Origin: Lama glama | Lineage: Eukaryota | NCBI GenBank assembly: GCA_028534125.1 | Contig: CM052817.1 | Location: 84,694,001-84,758,000 of the forward strand | Length of the DNA: 64,000 bases | Reading direction: 5' to 3' | Notes under the pieces: model-generated | Seen by the model: only the letters and a program-made list of their open reading frames with translations | Told to the model about the DNA's origin: nothing | Databases searched by the model: none | Position numbers and translations under genes: made by a program | In this document: positions 36,116 through 48,789 of the stretch, piece by piece | Position numbering within the stretch: the stretch's first letter is position 1 | Layout: every line of letters begins with the position of its first letter

Positions 36116-37599
36116 CACATCCCAAAGACAGACCTGAAGCAAAACAAACATTTTAAAGTTAGTAAACCATCTTTTGTACAATTTGGTGTTTTTCTCAATA
36201 ATCTGGAATTTTTACTTTATCCGTGTGTTTTGACACGAATCATGCGTCGTGGTTGATTATAGTCTCCTTTCCAACTCAGCAAGTTGGTGGTTTCAGACCA
36301 CCTCCGTGCTGCTTTAGCTGTTACTATTTAAATTTTTTCTCTTTCAACTACCAAAGAAGAAACAGTCAAAGGAAAGTGAGTCACAAAATGTCTACTCTCT
36401 GGACCCTTGTTTCTAGCTTTACTCACCCTCCTGCTTGCCACATGGTAAGAGTTCCAAATATATTTACTGTTGTTGTTATTATTATTGTTATTAGTCCACT
36501 TTTCCGTGCAGAAAAAGCAGGAAGATAAGAAATATCTAAGTAATGGTATGGGGCTCTTGAAAGGGTTGGAGCCCTTATGTCTGATTTTCTGCTAATTAGA
36601 ATAAAGTGTTTCTCCTAGTACTCAAATGCAGGAGTGAAAATACCTGTCTCTTTTCTTCCTCTGATACGGATTTTTTTTTTATGCAGTAGATTGTTCACTC
36701 TTTAAGCGCTTCACACTTGGTTCCCCTTAACTGGACCCCTGCACACGCTTTAAAAGAAATGTTAGATAATAGCTTCTATTAAAAATGCTTCAATCATACT
36801 TTTCTTAAAGAACCATTTTCCGTTAAGCAGAACAAAATATTTTGAACAAAAATTTAAATAATTTTTTTGAATAGAAGTTTTAATTCTCTTATAGATAGCC
36901 AAAGAATATGTGTGGATTTAAGTACCCAAGAACCTCAGGAATTACTGTAAGACAATTCTGATGATGGGACAGTTCTGAAGAAACAGGTCTTTAAACAAGA
37001 GTGACTCCAAAAGACATGTGCTGGACTGTTTGCCTGTGAGTCACGGCCAGTCTGAAGACATCAGTGTCCCTCCTGCCCCGTTTATTTCATGTTTCTTTCA
37101 ACACCTTGGACTATTCTTTATCTGAATCCCACTCAGATAATAAGAACTGGAAATAAGAACATTCAAGATGGCCATCTACTTCTCAGCTGAGATCTTTTCT
37201 TGGTTGCAGCCTTTATTTAGAATTGTAGATTTGAGAAAGGTTGAAATTTTCTCCTCCATTATACGTTCTGTCAGTGGAGATACTTTCCATGGTGTTGCAT
37301 ACTGATTAGATCCAGCGTGGTAATTTTATCATTCTGAGGGATTAATCTAGCTTTGCCTGACAATATTCAAACTTCATTATAGTTCCTTTTATTTTTCTCA
37401 ATAACGGAGACATAATATCCCCCAATACTGCTAATATTTTCTGTCATTTGGCCTTTTGCATGGAATTTTATCCAGCATTACAGCTCCTGAATGTTTGGAA
37501 AAGTAAAAAATAGGTCCACATTGAACTTTCGGGGAAACAGTTTGAAAACAAATTGGCCCATCAAAGGTTCAGTTTATGTCTCTTGTATATTTCACTTTA

Positions 37600-38030
37600 C
37601 AGTAACTTTATTTAGACTTTCCCCAATTTGAATTGCACAAGGCAGTTTTCAGCCCATAATTCCAGCCTACCCAAGCCATTGTTAGTTTTATTGTTTTCCT
37701 ACCTTGTATTGACTAAGTTTCTCCACTTTTTGTCATCAGCACATTTCCCCGTCTTACTGTATGTTCCTTCTTTGAGGTCAGCAAAGTAACTAAAATCAAT
37801 CCTAATGCTGATCCTTATGACATGCCACAAGTCACTTCCCTTCGCTTGGTACCGCTGCCTCCCACAAACACCTTTGGCTTCAGTCCGGGTCATTATCCAG
37901 TTAAGCAACATGTTTCTTCTGGTTCACAGTGTGTGTTCCCTCAGTACACATCTCCCAGAGCAGAGCAGGCTTCTTTTTAAAGAGACTCTCATGTCTAGAA
38001 TCAGAGATCCTTTTAAACCAGATATAAGTC
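37600..38030 (-). mobile_element. CR1/L3 LINE reverse-transcriptase remnant
   Basis: Minus-strand translation includes DLKEGTYSKTGKCADDKKWRNLVNT (compare CR1 DLDEGIE..LSKFADDTKLGGVANT) and, in another frame, a degenerate PQGS-region match '*GSALGLIL'. Confidence 0.7.
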
Positions 38031-39589
38031 CCTTTGAGAAAGCAGTGACATGTTGCTTCTCAAGGAAATAAAAATTCAGTTATACTTCAATGGGAGGGTG
38101 AATAATTACTGGACAAAATTCAGGCATGGGAGACAGATTACTGAGATACTTGTCTAGTCCCTGATTCACCGTTACCACAGGTGATTCCAGATAAGACACT
38201 TACACGTTTGTTTAATTTTGTCTTTGTATTGGAATCACCATTACTATTAGTGAATGTAGTAGGTTGCTGTAAAATGTCAGTGCAATAATAATGCACTGAG
38301 AACATCATCTATAAAAAAAGGGATTTAATTCCTTTCATCGGAAAGTGAGAAAGAAGAGCCGCATTCCTCTCGCAGAAAAGGGATTTCACAGAACTTTATC
38401 ATGAGATGTTACTAGGTCTAAGATCCTGGAAAAGCCTGACCATCTAATTTGGACCCAGAAATTTTATAGCAACAATTTTGAAGCTGACTCAAGAGCTCAA
38501 TTAATTCTCTCACAAGTTATAACTAATCAACAAAAACTTTAAAGAGGTTGCTTATATTACCTTTTTATACTTCTGTAAATGTTTCTAAGGAATTAAAGAA
38601 TAAAAAACTTAAGCACTTCCAGGGGACCTCCCCCACCACCATGTCACTGATAATACTGTAGATTTTTCAATGTTAGGCATATACTCTGTGCTCTAGATTT
38701 CATGGTTTTAAAATCCAGTCTATTTTCTTGTGATGTTTTGAGTGTTGTTTACGATATATACAACCTGACACACTTTATTTGCCATAAAGAACAATGTCCA
38801 TTGTGCAAAATTGTATCATGTTTATAAATTGCCACTTGCTCTGATCTCATCAAAATCAAAGGATTGGAGGACTAATTACTTCTGTATTTTAAAAAATCAC
38901 AGTGGTTGCTGCAGTTTCAGCCTGAAATTGTTTAGCTGGCAGATAATTCTGTAGCATGTGTACAATATTGGCTAAATTAAATTCCTTAGGTTAATTCTGA
39001 TGAAAAAAAGGCCATCCCATGAATCTTGAAGGCAATGAATTAGCAACAGAAAAACAGAACAAGTGACTGAAGAGGGGAAAAGGAAGAAAGGTAGAATTTA
39101 TACGACTTGTAGGCACATCACACTGCCTTTCCTCCCTTTGGTTAGACACGGGCAAGATTAGGGTCTCTCTAGCTCTAATCATTTTAACTTTTGTTTGAAT
39201 GAATGTCAAATTACCACAATCTCCTAAGATTTCAGTTAGGAAGACCTTCTGATGAGTCTTTTACCTTGTTTCCTTTCAATGCTGCAGGAATTATAACGAA
39301 GAAATTAAATCATTCTTTATAGACAATAGGAACACAGTCCTCGAAGATTTTATGATTTGATGTCCTCTTGGCAACTGCATTAACTGAGTTTCAGATTTGT
39401 GTTTAATATTTTGGAAGATTGCTTTTTCAAGATAAAAATAAGTTTCTGAAATAACGATGTCCTTAAGGTGAATACAAATCCTTATAGCTTTGTATTACTC
39501 AATAATTTATGACTCAATTCCATAGACATACCCAGGCACAATGATACCTTTGTTTACAATTAGGAAAAAGCTAAAAGATACTTTATGTT

Positions 39590-40140
39590 CATATAAAAAT
39601 TCACTGAGTGTCTATTATGTTGCAAGGATTGTGGTAAGTGCCAAGTATATAACCAAACAGGACAAAATGTACCTGCTTTTATAAAGCGTATGTTATAGTG
39701 AAGAATTCAGAAATATAAACAGGCAGTTGTAATAGTGTGACAAAAACTGTGATAGGGAATTATGTGATAAACAATTATATCTAATTAGGAGTACCAAGGA
39801 AGGGCATGACTCAACCTGGATTTGGGATTCAGGAAAGGCTTCCTGCAAGAGGTGACAGATAAATTGAAACTTGAAGGAAGACTAGGAGGAAAACAGTGCT
39901 CTAGCAATGAACATGTGAAAAGATTTGAGTGAGTACAAAGAACAGAAATATGAGTTTGACTCAGTATGACTGAATGATGGGGATAATGGTAATGGTGTTG
40001 ATTGAAGAGAAAGGGAAAGCTAGAAAGGTTGACTAGATCTACATATATTGTAAGATGTGTCATGGAGACTGAATTTTATCCTGATGCAAGGGACTGATAT
40101 TCAAAGATTTAGAGGGAAAGATATCTTAGGTTTATTTTGG
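39590..40140 (-). mobile_element. LINE-2 3' portion
   Basis: 'tcactgagtgtctattatg', 'tcaggaaaggcttcctgcaagaggtgaca', 'gaattttatcctga'. Confidence 0.8.
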
Positions 40141-40249
40141 AAGATCAGTCAAATCATTAAGCAATATGTAGCAAGAAAGAAAGTTTTCAGTATTTCTAGT
40201 TACAGAAAATGTAATACATGTATAGATTTATGCTTAGATTCAATATAAA

Positions 40250-40796
40250 TGGGCTTCTGTTTTTAGCAGTAAGGCTGTCTAGATTCTTTGACAGACCTTT
40301 TGCCTAAAAACAGCTGAAAACCTTTCACATTATTACATCACTGATGTTCTGGCAAGGAATTAAGAAATTCTCGGAGGCAAAACCTAAGCAAAGCGAGAAC
40401 TCTGACAGATAACTGGGACATTGAGGCCAACTTTCCCCCGAGAGTATTTTCCAAATTCAGGTGGTCTGATCTTTGGTTTTTATGTCTCCACAGAGTATGG
40501 AAAATGGGAGGAAAAGCCTAGGGCCTGCTGAATGTGGGAATTTTAAAAGAGACCTGATATAAAAATGGGACCCCAAAGCCCTGTACCGTCAGGATAAGAA
40601 TGAAACAGAACCTAAAAATAATAGTCCTTGCCTTTCCACTGTTACCACAACAAGGGAAACCACTTCTCTCGAAATTTGGCAGAAAAGATCTCTTAAGGAT
40701 TTCTAGCCACAGGACAGTCCTTATGTAAGTCTAAGGTGGTGTGAGATTGATGTGTTTTGGGTTTATGGAAGAAGCAAATTCAAACCTTCTCTGAAG
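40250..40796 (+). mobile_element. Old L1M/HAL1-type 5' region (first part)
   Basis: Start 'gcttctgtttttagcagtaaggctgtctaga' and 'gaagcaaattcaaaccttctctgaaggaa' resemble ancient L1ME/HAL1 5' UTRs. Confidence 0.5.
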
Positions 40797-41509
40797 GAAT
40801 GGCCATCATCAAAAAATCTACAGACAATAAATGCTGGAGAGGCTGTGGAGAAAAGAAAACCCTCCTACACTGCTGGTGGGAATGTAGTTTGGTGCAGAAT
40901 TATGGAAAGCAGTATGGAGATTCCTCAAAAAAAAAAAATTAAAAATAGACTTACCATATGATACAGCAATCCCACTCCTGGACATATATCTGGAGTATAT
41001 TCAAATTTGAAAGGATATATGCAAATATTCATAGCAGCACTGTATATAATATCCAAGACATGGAAGCAACCTAAGTGTCCATCAACAGATGACTGGGTAA
41101 AGAAGTTGTGGTATATTTACACAATGAAATACTACTCAGCAATAAAAAAGAATAAGATAATGCCATTTGCAGCAACATGGAGATCATCATTCTAAGTGAA
41201 GTAAGCCAGAAAGAGAAAGAAAAATACCACATGATATCACTCATATGTGGAATCTAAAGAAAGAAAAGAGGAAAAAGAGGACACTCTTGAACTCATCTAC
41301 AAGACAGAAACAGACTCACAGACATAGTAAACAATCTTATGGTTACCAGGGAGAAGCAGGTAGGAAGGGATAAATTTGGGAGTTTGAGATTTGCAAATGT
41401 TAACCACTATATATAAAAATAGATAAAAAACAAATTTCTTTTGTATAGCACAGGGAACTATTTTCAGTATCTAGTAATAGCATTTAATGAACAAGAATAT
41501 GAAAATGAA

Positions 41510-41551
<42 letters not shown>

Positions 41552-41629
41552 TGACTGGGACATTATGCTGTACACCAGAAATGGACACATTGTAACTACA
41601 TGTCAATTAAAAAAAAAGAAAGAAAAAAA
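40797..41629 (+). mobile_element. Younger, 5'-truncated lineage-specific LINE-1 (camelid-like 3' UTR)
   Basis: ORF2 C-terminal peptides [29 protein letters not shown] and KTWKQPKCPSTDDWVKKLWYIYTMKYYSAIKKN, intact 3' UTR, A-rich tail at ~41609-41629. Confidence 0.95.
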
Positions 41630-41649
41630 CTGATATCACCAAAACTGAT

Positions 41650-42400
41650 AGCAATTAAACTTAAGAAAATGAAAAGAAAATTTCTCTGGAGGAATTCATC
41701 TTCAAGTCAATTTTCAAGTAATTCCCGTGAATATCCTAAGGAAGGTGAATTCATAGCCCAAATCCTCAAACATAAAAGAAACAAAACAAGAAAGTGAGAA
41801 CCATAAGAAACAGCAGATGATAGTGTCAAGTTCAAAAAGCCTTCAGGTATTGATAATATTAGAGACAGAAGAGAAAATAAGCATGTTTATTCAGTGTGTT
41901 TATAGAAATAATGTAATATTTTAAAACTAATGAAGAACAAGCTAATAAAATGACTAAGCAGATATGAAAAAATAGAATTTCTAGAAATCTAAAAAGCAAA
42001 TTTTAAAATGAAAAACTCTGTAAACAGGTTTAACAGAAGACTGGAAACAGCACAAGATAAGATTAATAAATTGGAAGATGTAGCTGAAGAAATTGTGCAG
42101 AATGAGGTGCCCGGAGACAAAGTGATGGGAAGCATGAAAGAGAAGTTAAGTAAAGCATAGAATACAAAGTAGGAAAATATAGCATATGTCTAGTCAGAAT
42201 TCCACAAGGGAGAGAACACAGAGAATGGAGAAAATAAAATATTTCAAAAAATAATGGCTGTAAATTTCCTAGAACTGATGAAAGATCATGGAGGCTTTAT
42301 ATCATAGAAGCCTGGTGAATCCATCTAAGGAGAGTGTATGAAAGAAAATCTGTCTCTAGATTCATCATCATAAAACTGCAGAATCAAAAATAAGAATACT
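41650..42400 (+). mobile_element. Old L1M/HAL1-type ORF1 remnant (second part)
   Basis: A-rich decayed ORF1-like sequence: 'aacaggtttaacagaagactggaaacagcacaagataagattaataaattggaagat', 'aaataatggctgtaaatttcctagaactgatgaaaga'. Confidence 0.75.
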
Positions 42401-43827
42401 TTAATTCAGTATAAAAATGTTCTGATAAATTTTATCCATGTCAATATAACTTTTTACTTATAGAGATTTCCATATACTAACACAGTAATTAATTATAACT
42501 AATCTTCTAATCAAACGTGAGTAAAACTTAAGCTCTACTCATTTGTTTATTTACTCATATTTGTTGATCATTTTAGTTTAGCTTGTATCTAATTTTTAAC
42601 CACACGACCATGTAGCAATATAACCAGGATCTTGGACTCCACAGTGAAAAGAATAAAAGTCATTTAGTCTAGTACTTATTTTTCTTAAATGAGGAAATAG
42701 AAGTACTGCTTTCCTGTATTACAGAGCTGCTCGATACTTGCAAACTCATGGCGCAAAGAAGAAATCATGCTAAACGGCTAATTTGGTGCCATTCCCTTCT
42801 TCAGTTTGATGAAGGGAAAGACCATGGTTTAAATAATGCTGACAAGACTCACGTGACAGGTGAAATGCTCTTTGCTGAAACAGGGTTGGTAAAACTGAAG
42901 TAAAATTAGAGTCTTTTAAAATAGAAATTTCAAGGGCACAGTGGAAATACTACTCTTTGGCTCAAAGTCAAAAAATGCTCTTTAATTAACCACTAAATAA
43001 TGATCTTAAATATAGGGATTGTTATTATGATTCACAAAAACACCTTTCCCCAAGATTGCTGAGAACAGAAAAAAGGTACTTTCTCCTCCAAGGGGGAGAA
43101 TGCTTTCAAGAGATGCAGCTTTGTTCCATGTGCACTACATTCTATTTCTAAATTAAATCTACATTCTAAATTAAACAATTGTATGTCAAAAGCGATTAAT
43201 AACATACCATAATAATTTCTATCTTCTTTTTACCTGGCCTGAGTACTAATGAAAACATCAACAGCCTTATTTTCTTAGCCTCCCACTTCCATAAGCTCTA
43301 TAAGCCTAATGTTTCCAAATTTGGCTTGTTTATAGCTATAGGTACTCTTGCTTTCATATTCTTCTAGGCTATTTTAATTTAATATGTGTTAAACGTCTTT
43401 GTAACTTCATTTAAGTGAATGGCAACAAAATTTTTTTTAAAGGAATTCTTTTTTATTCTGGAGGATAAATTATGCTGTAAAGAAGAAATGTCCTAAATGT
43501 GTGGAAAGTATACTGATTTTGGGCCTAGAGGTCTAAGGAAAACTCACACGTGATCCTCTGAAGCTCTGAGCAAAGTCATTTCACACAATCACACGAGTAC
43601 TCACACCAACGCTGTGTACCTACCAGTAACTCAGGAAGCATCTTACTAGGCGAGAACTACCTTTCATAAACTCCCACATCCACTAGTCCCCACCAAGTCC
43701 ATGCTTTTCTTAGAGCAAAGAGTGAAAAAATATGACTTCTGCTCACCAAATACATAGGATAATTACCAGCAATGCAGGATAATTAAAATCATTTCCTTGC
43801 TTGAGTTGATGGCTGGCTATTATCACA

Positions 43828-43847
43828 TCTCCCTCTAGATGGCAGTG
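43828..43847 (+). promoter_or_regulatory. Candidate CTCF binding site
   Basis: cCCTCTAGATGGCAGtg fits the CTCF core with the tolerated T at the A/T position; non-repeat context. Confidence 0.55.
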
Positions 43848-43867
43848 GCACTCTTTCATTCTGAGAC

Positions 43868-43891
43868 TTTTTTTTTTTTTTTTTTTTTTTT
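43868..43891. repeat. Poly-T tract (24 nt)
   Basis: Directly visible. Confidence 0.95.
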
Positions 43892-46675
43892 AAATCTGTT
43901 CTCTCCTGGATAGTTGCTCTCAGCTCTGCTGGGCGATGATTTAAACACTTTGATGCTGTAGGATGTTGGTGTTCACAAATCAGGTCTATCCTTTTCTTTT
44001 TTCTAAAAAGATAATACACTGCTTTTTCAAAGTCAATTAACACTTAGGGCAAATGAAATGGGGAAAGCAAAAGGTCACTTTCTAAAGGGTTGCCTTGATA
44101 CCTTTTGGTATTATTCAGGTTTCATCCAGGAATTGCAAATCATTGGAGGGAAAAAAGGAAACAATACTTAGTTCATTTTGTTTCTTGATAACGCCCAATA
44201 AGGTGGCTTAATATGACTTTTCTGCCTAATTTCCCTGTGAAGCCTGTGGTGTTCCAGAAGTATTGTCTGGTAATTTATATATGTCTTGCAGTCTTGAGAG
44301 CAATTGGGATGCTTTTGGGACAATTTATGCATAGGGAGAGGCTGCTAGAGAGAATCCCTTAAACTTCTGGGTTGGGATGCAATTGAATATGTTTCATAAA
44401 AGAAAATTGCCCTGTTTGTGGCATGGCCGAAGACGGAAGGTGACAGTCAGAATGCCAAAAATTACAGGACTCTGTTTTACAACATAATCAGCCTCAACGC
44501 TTGCCCCACATCAGTGCTAAATGAGCTGAAGGTCTAGAGTTAGTAGAGGAGGGCTTCGTTTGAGTGGAGGAGGTCCATGTTCTGACCTCAGATGCACTTC
44601 GGAATCATTTCTTGAGTACCAAGATGCTTCGCAAACTAGTGTCTCAGACTATAATGGCTCAAGGTTTTAATAACTTACTTGAATTTCATTTAGAAGACAA
44701 GCCTAGACACCCCAAAACAATAAGCAGATATTAAAAAAACAACTGAACACATTGCAAATGAGATTATTAACAAATTGACTTTTAAATTGACGGCTGGCCA
44801 CGTGCCGGTTTGGACAGGCCGGCTTGGAGCTGCACATAGCTCACACCTCTCACATCGTGCCTCATGGTTAAGATGGCAGTCACAGTTCCTTTCTTTCTAT
44901 TTTAATATTGAAAGACCTTCAGTCAGTTTAATAACCTTTTCCTTCTTGAATAAGGAGTTTCTGTTTGCAATCACATGAATAGAAAAAGACCTGCTCTAGA
45001 AACTCTGGGAGTTTATTTCATGCCTCGCTACAAAAATTAGGTTTTTGAAAGAGCAGAAGGGATGGAATAGCTACATAATGAGCAAATTCTTGTGAGGTAA
45101 ATTATTACTCAAGAGTTTTGAACTGATCTTTTAAAAAAGCAAATAATAATAATTACAGTCCTGCAAATACTGTTGCCTGGTGGGAGACAACAGAAGCTCT
45201 GCTGGAAATGCCACTGGGGGCCTGCATTTTGTTCTGCACCCACACCCACACTGCAGCCTGAAACATTACAAACCCAGAGAAAGACCTGCATCCACCCAAC
45301 GGGCAAGGTCTCCTAGCTTTGATTCTGCATCCATTTCCAGCTGTACAGGGATGGACACTGTGATGTGTGCCTTTTTACCCCTGTGGGTCAGGGTAAGGTT
45401 TGAGGCTTCAGGTAAATTGTATTCTAGAAGAAAGTTGATTCAAACTATGATGTTTCATTATTAGAAATGTTTCTGTTGGGTGTTGTTTGAACTTCCATGG
45501 TCAAAACCAGCAATTGGGTAATCGAAATTAATTGAAAGAGCAAAGGAGAGGGTGAGTACGAGTCTGTATTCACAGGTCAGCGTCTCTCTTTCTAGCTCTG
45601 ATATTCCATTAGAATCTTCTGCTTCACTAAGCGCAGGCCTTTGACCTTCTCCACGGCTTCTTTTCACATCGAATAGGACCAACTTGATTCGCATTCTCGA
45701 AATCTTTAATCATGACAAATATCTCCCTGTGCACTCACTTGGAGATTTTTAGCTGCATTTTGGAAGAGAGGTTTAAATGAAGAGCTAGCTAGAGCATTTA
45801 GGAAGGGCTGGTAGGAGGGGAGCGGGTGTGGAAGAGTGATTTCTCTACTCTCATCAGAAACTCTCGGGGAGGGAAGTGATGGTTGATCTCAGGGCAGCAG
45901 CTTAGTGTGCTCTTGACCTGTTTCCTGGTCTGAGTGCTCTTCCTGTCTTCTGCCACAAAGAACTTCAATGTCTGTCTTCCCCTCCACTCCCACATCAGCA
46001 CATTCAGTACATGTGACACAAGATTGTCACTAGAATCAGCCTGGGCATCCCCTCGTCAAAAGGACCATCAGCATCTGACCCCCTCTTCCCAAGCGACTTC
46101 ATCTCTGGCAGGTGTTACAAGCTCAAATTGAGTTTTGTGGCAGCTGCTCCTGGAACCTCTAAGACAGCGCCGCACGCCTGGACCTCGGGGAACAGCGAGG
46201 ATGCTGTCCATCACCATCCTGTACCAGCGCCCGCTTCTCCCTCCAGAGAACGTGGCTGCTTGCAAAGGAAAGTTGTTTTTATCTTATATGAAAAAAATTT
46301 TTTTCCTCTTGCTTGTTTACCCAGTGTTCACCATTTAAAAATAATGCAGCCTCTTCATTAAGGAGTAAACTTACAAAACATTACTCCTACTTGCATTTTT
46401 CTCTAGGTGCCAACGCACCTCAGCAAGCTTTCAGACAACAGACATCTAGAAACAATTTTTTCTTACATTAAATGATTTCAAACTCTTACGTTTCCTTCCA
46501 CGATAGTTGTATATTTCACCTTTTCTCTCCCCCTTACAGCTCAAGGAAGTAGCAGCCAGGAAAGTATATGCAATTTCATCATAAAATATCAGTTTTAAAC
46601 GATTGCTTTTAAATATGAAAATGTCTTCTATAATAGTTTGCTAATCCATTTGTGACTTTTTATTTCAGTGAGCAG

Positions 46676-47274
46676 GTATTAGTTGGCATCCGATTCCATG
46701 GCAGGTGACAGAAATACCAAAATAGAGATGGGGGGAGGTATAGCTCAGTGGTAGAGTGCATGCCTAGCATGCATGAGGTCCTGGGTTCAATCCCCAGCAC
46801 CTCCATTAAAAACAAATAAACTTAATTACCTCCGCCTCTTAAAGCAAGCAAAATAGAGGTAGTCTACCTGGAGAGAAAAGGTAACACAGACAGTCCTGGG
46901 CTGGTAGGACGACGCCCGACTCACTGGGAATCCACATTCATCATTTCTGATTCTGCCATCTTCAACATGCACCGTCGGGTTCTCTGTCTGAGGTGGCTGT
47001 TGGAGGTCCAGTCATTGTATCGTCATTTTGGAGATAAGGAAGAAGGAAAGAGAAATAAATAGGCACACTCCCTCACCTTAAGGTTACTTCTCAGGACTTT
47101 CACAAATTGTTTCTGTGTAGATTCCATTGGCCAGAACTTCATCTTTGGGTCACATGGAGCATCGATGCAGTCTTTATTTTTGTGCCTTCATGTGACCAAC
47201 CAATATTCGGGGATTCCATTACTGAGGAAAAAGAGAGGATGGGTATTGAAGAACACCTAATAGTCTCTGCTAGA
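46676..47274 (-). mobile_element. Old MaLR LTR (MLT1K/L-like), interrupted by a SINE
   Basis: 'ccattggccagaact...gtcacatgg', 'tgcagtctttattt', 'attactgaggaaaaagagaggatgggtattg...agtctctgc'. Confidence 0.7.
46730..46848 (+). mobile_element. tRNA-Ala-derived SINE (camelid Vic-1 type)
   Basis: tRNA-Ala(AGC)-like head with A box (TAGCTCAGTGG) and B box (GGTTCAATCC), tail 'ttaaaaacaaataaacttaattacctcc', 12-bp TSD caaaatagagat/caaaatagaggt (46718-46729, 46849-46860). Confidence 0.92.
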
Positions 47275-47899
47275 GATTAAATATTAAAATTTAGATACAC
47301 TACAGAATTTCTATTTCATCACTAGCTCTTTTGTTCTTCCAGAAGAAGGAATACTTTCTTCTCTTCTCTTGAGAGGGATAATAGATGACAGAGATGAGAA
47401 TATAGACATGGTCTGAGCTGCAGTGGTTAGCAGGCTTTGAAAATACCCTGGTGGGCTACACAGAGGCTTAAACAATATGGAGCAATACTGCACTGATAAC
47501 CAATATTGGAACTTGATTGTGCTATTTGTCATCCTGAGGATTTCAGGGTAACGTCCATCTTGGTGCTCATCAAAGGGCATTTTCATTAAATGTCTCACTA
47601 AAAGAACTTCCTATGAGCTGTGTGTCACAGCATGGAGGCAAGGTTATAGAGTACCAACCATTAAAAGAAAACTTATCTAAACTAAGGAATGTGTGCCGAA
47701 TAGAATCTGGGAAAGGAAATATTGAAGACTTTTAATAATACACCTTGGTTTAAAGACAGTAAGGTTTTAAAGCTCACCTATGAAATGTAGCTTGGCATCT
47801 AGGTCTTCCGGTCTGGATGCTGCCTGCTTGCTGGGTCAGCACGATCACCCCTTCGTTAGTTGAATACCTTCTGTTATTTAGATCTATGCAATTAAAACA

Positions 47900-48040
47900 T
47901 ATATTAGCATATGGATGCCTGTTCCTCACCCCAGAGATGCTGATTTATTGCTCTGGAGTGGGTCCAGACAGTGGCTTTTTTTTTCTTTAGAAGTTCCCCG
48001 CATAATCCTTGCACTCAACTAGGCTTGAGGACAAGTAGAT
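47900..48040. mobile_element. MER5-type MITE remnant
   Basis: 'gatgcctgttcctcaccccagagatgctgatttattgctctggagtgggtccag'. Confidence 0.7.
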
Positions 48041-48199
48041 TAGATGCCTTGAAATCAGACTCCTATGACTCCATGCAGTAATCTCTTAGTGAAACACCAT
48101 CAAACTAAATATTAATGCCATGAATAACTTTCTAATCTTTGAAAGGTGGCTCAGTTCATACATTAAATAATTTATCATTTCATGTTTGTAGTTTTGAAG

Positions 48200-48430
48200 G
48201 TTCAGTAGTAGTTTAAAGCAAAGACTTGGAGTCACATCTGTGTGTATTCAAAACTCAGTTCTACCAAATAATAGATGTGTAATTGGGGCCAGTCACTTAA
48301 TCTTCATATGGCTTTCTTTCCTTAACCTGAAAAATGAGGTTTTCTTACAGGAAATGGGGTTTGTGTGATGATTAAATGAATGGTTTAAGTAAAATGCTTA
48401 AGTGAACTGCCTGACATAATCTAAGAGCAA
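48200..48430 (+). mobile_element. MIR SINE
   Basis: 'gacttggagtcacatctg...agtcacttaatc...ctgaaaaatgagg...tgatgattaaatga'. Confidence 0.8.
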
Positions 48431-48789
48431 TGACAATTTTTATAGTATGTCTTTAAGATTGATAGAACAGATATCATTAGCATACTCTGGTAATTAAATA
48501 ATTATAGGTTAGTTAAATACCTTACTTTGGGTAATTTGATTGATCATAGTTGTTGAGTCCCTCCAGTATGGAAATTGTGACTGCTCTGGACTCTATGAGA
48601 ACATAAAGTGTGAAGGTAGTATCTAGTGCAGTTAGGGAGTCAGGGCATGTGTTTAGAAGGGACAAAGTAGAAGTATAAGAAGTAGATTTGTAGCAGAGAT
48701 TGCATATTAACCACCAAAGCTATTTTCCTATGTTCCATCTATGGTCTCAAATTTTTGAATATATTGAATACTTCTAAAATTCCCTGGTA

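Noticed and set aside
45461..45694. Minus-strand ORF that looks protein-like (RPALSEAEDSNGISELERE)
   Set aside because: No recognisable homology or splice context; part resembles a MIR3/L3 tail.
46734..46805. Bona fide tRNA-Ala gene
   Set aside because: Flanked by a 12-bp TSD, followed by a SINE tail, lacks a Pol III terminator and is inserted into an LTR.
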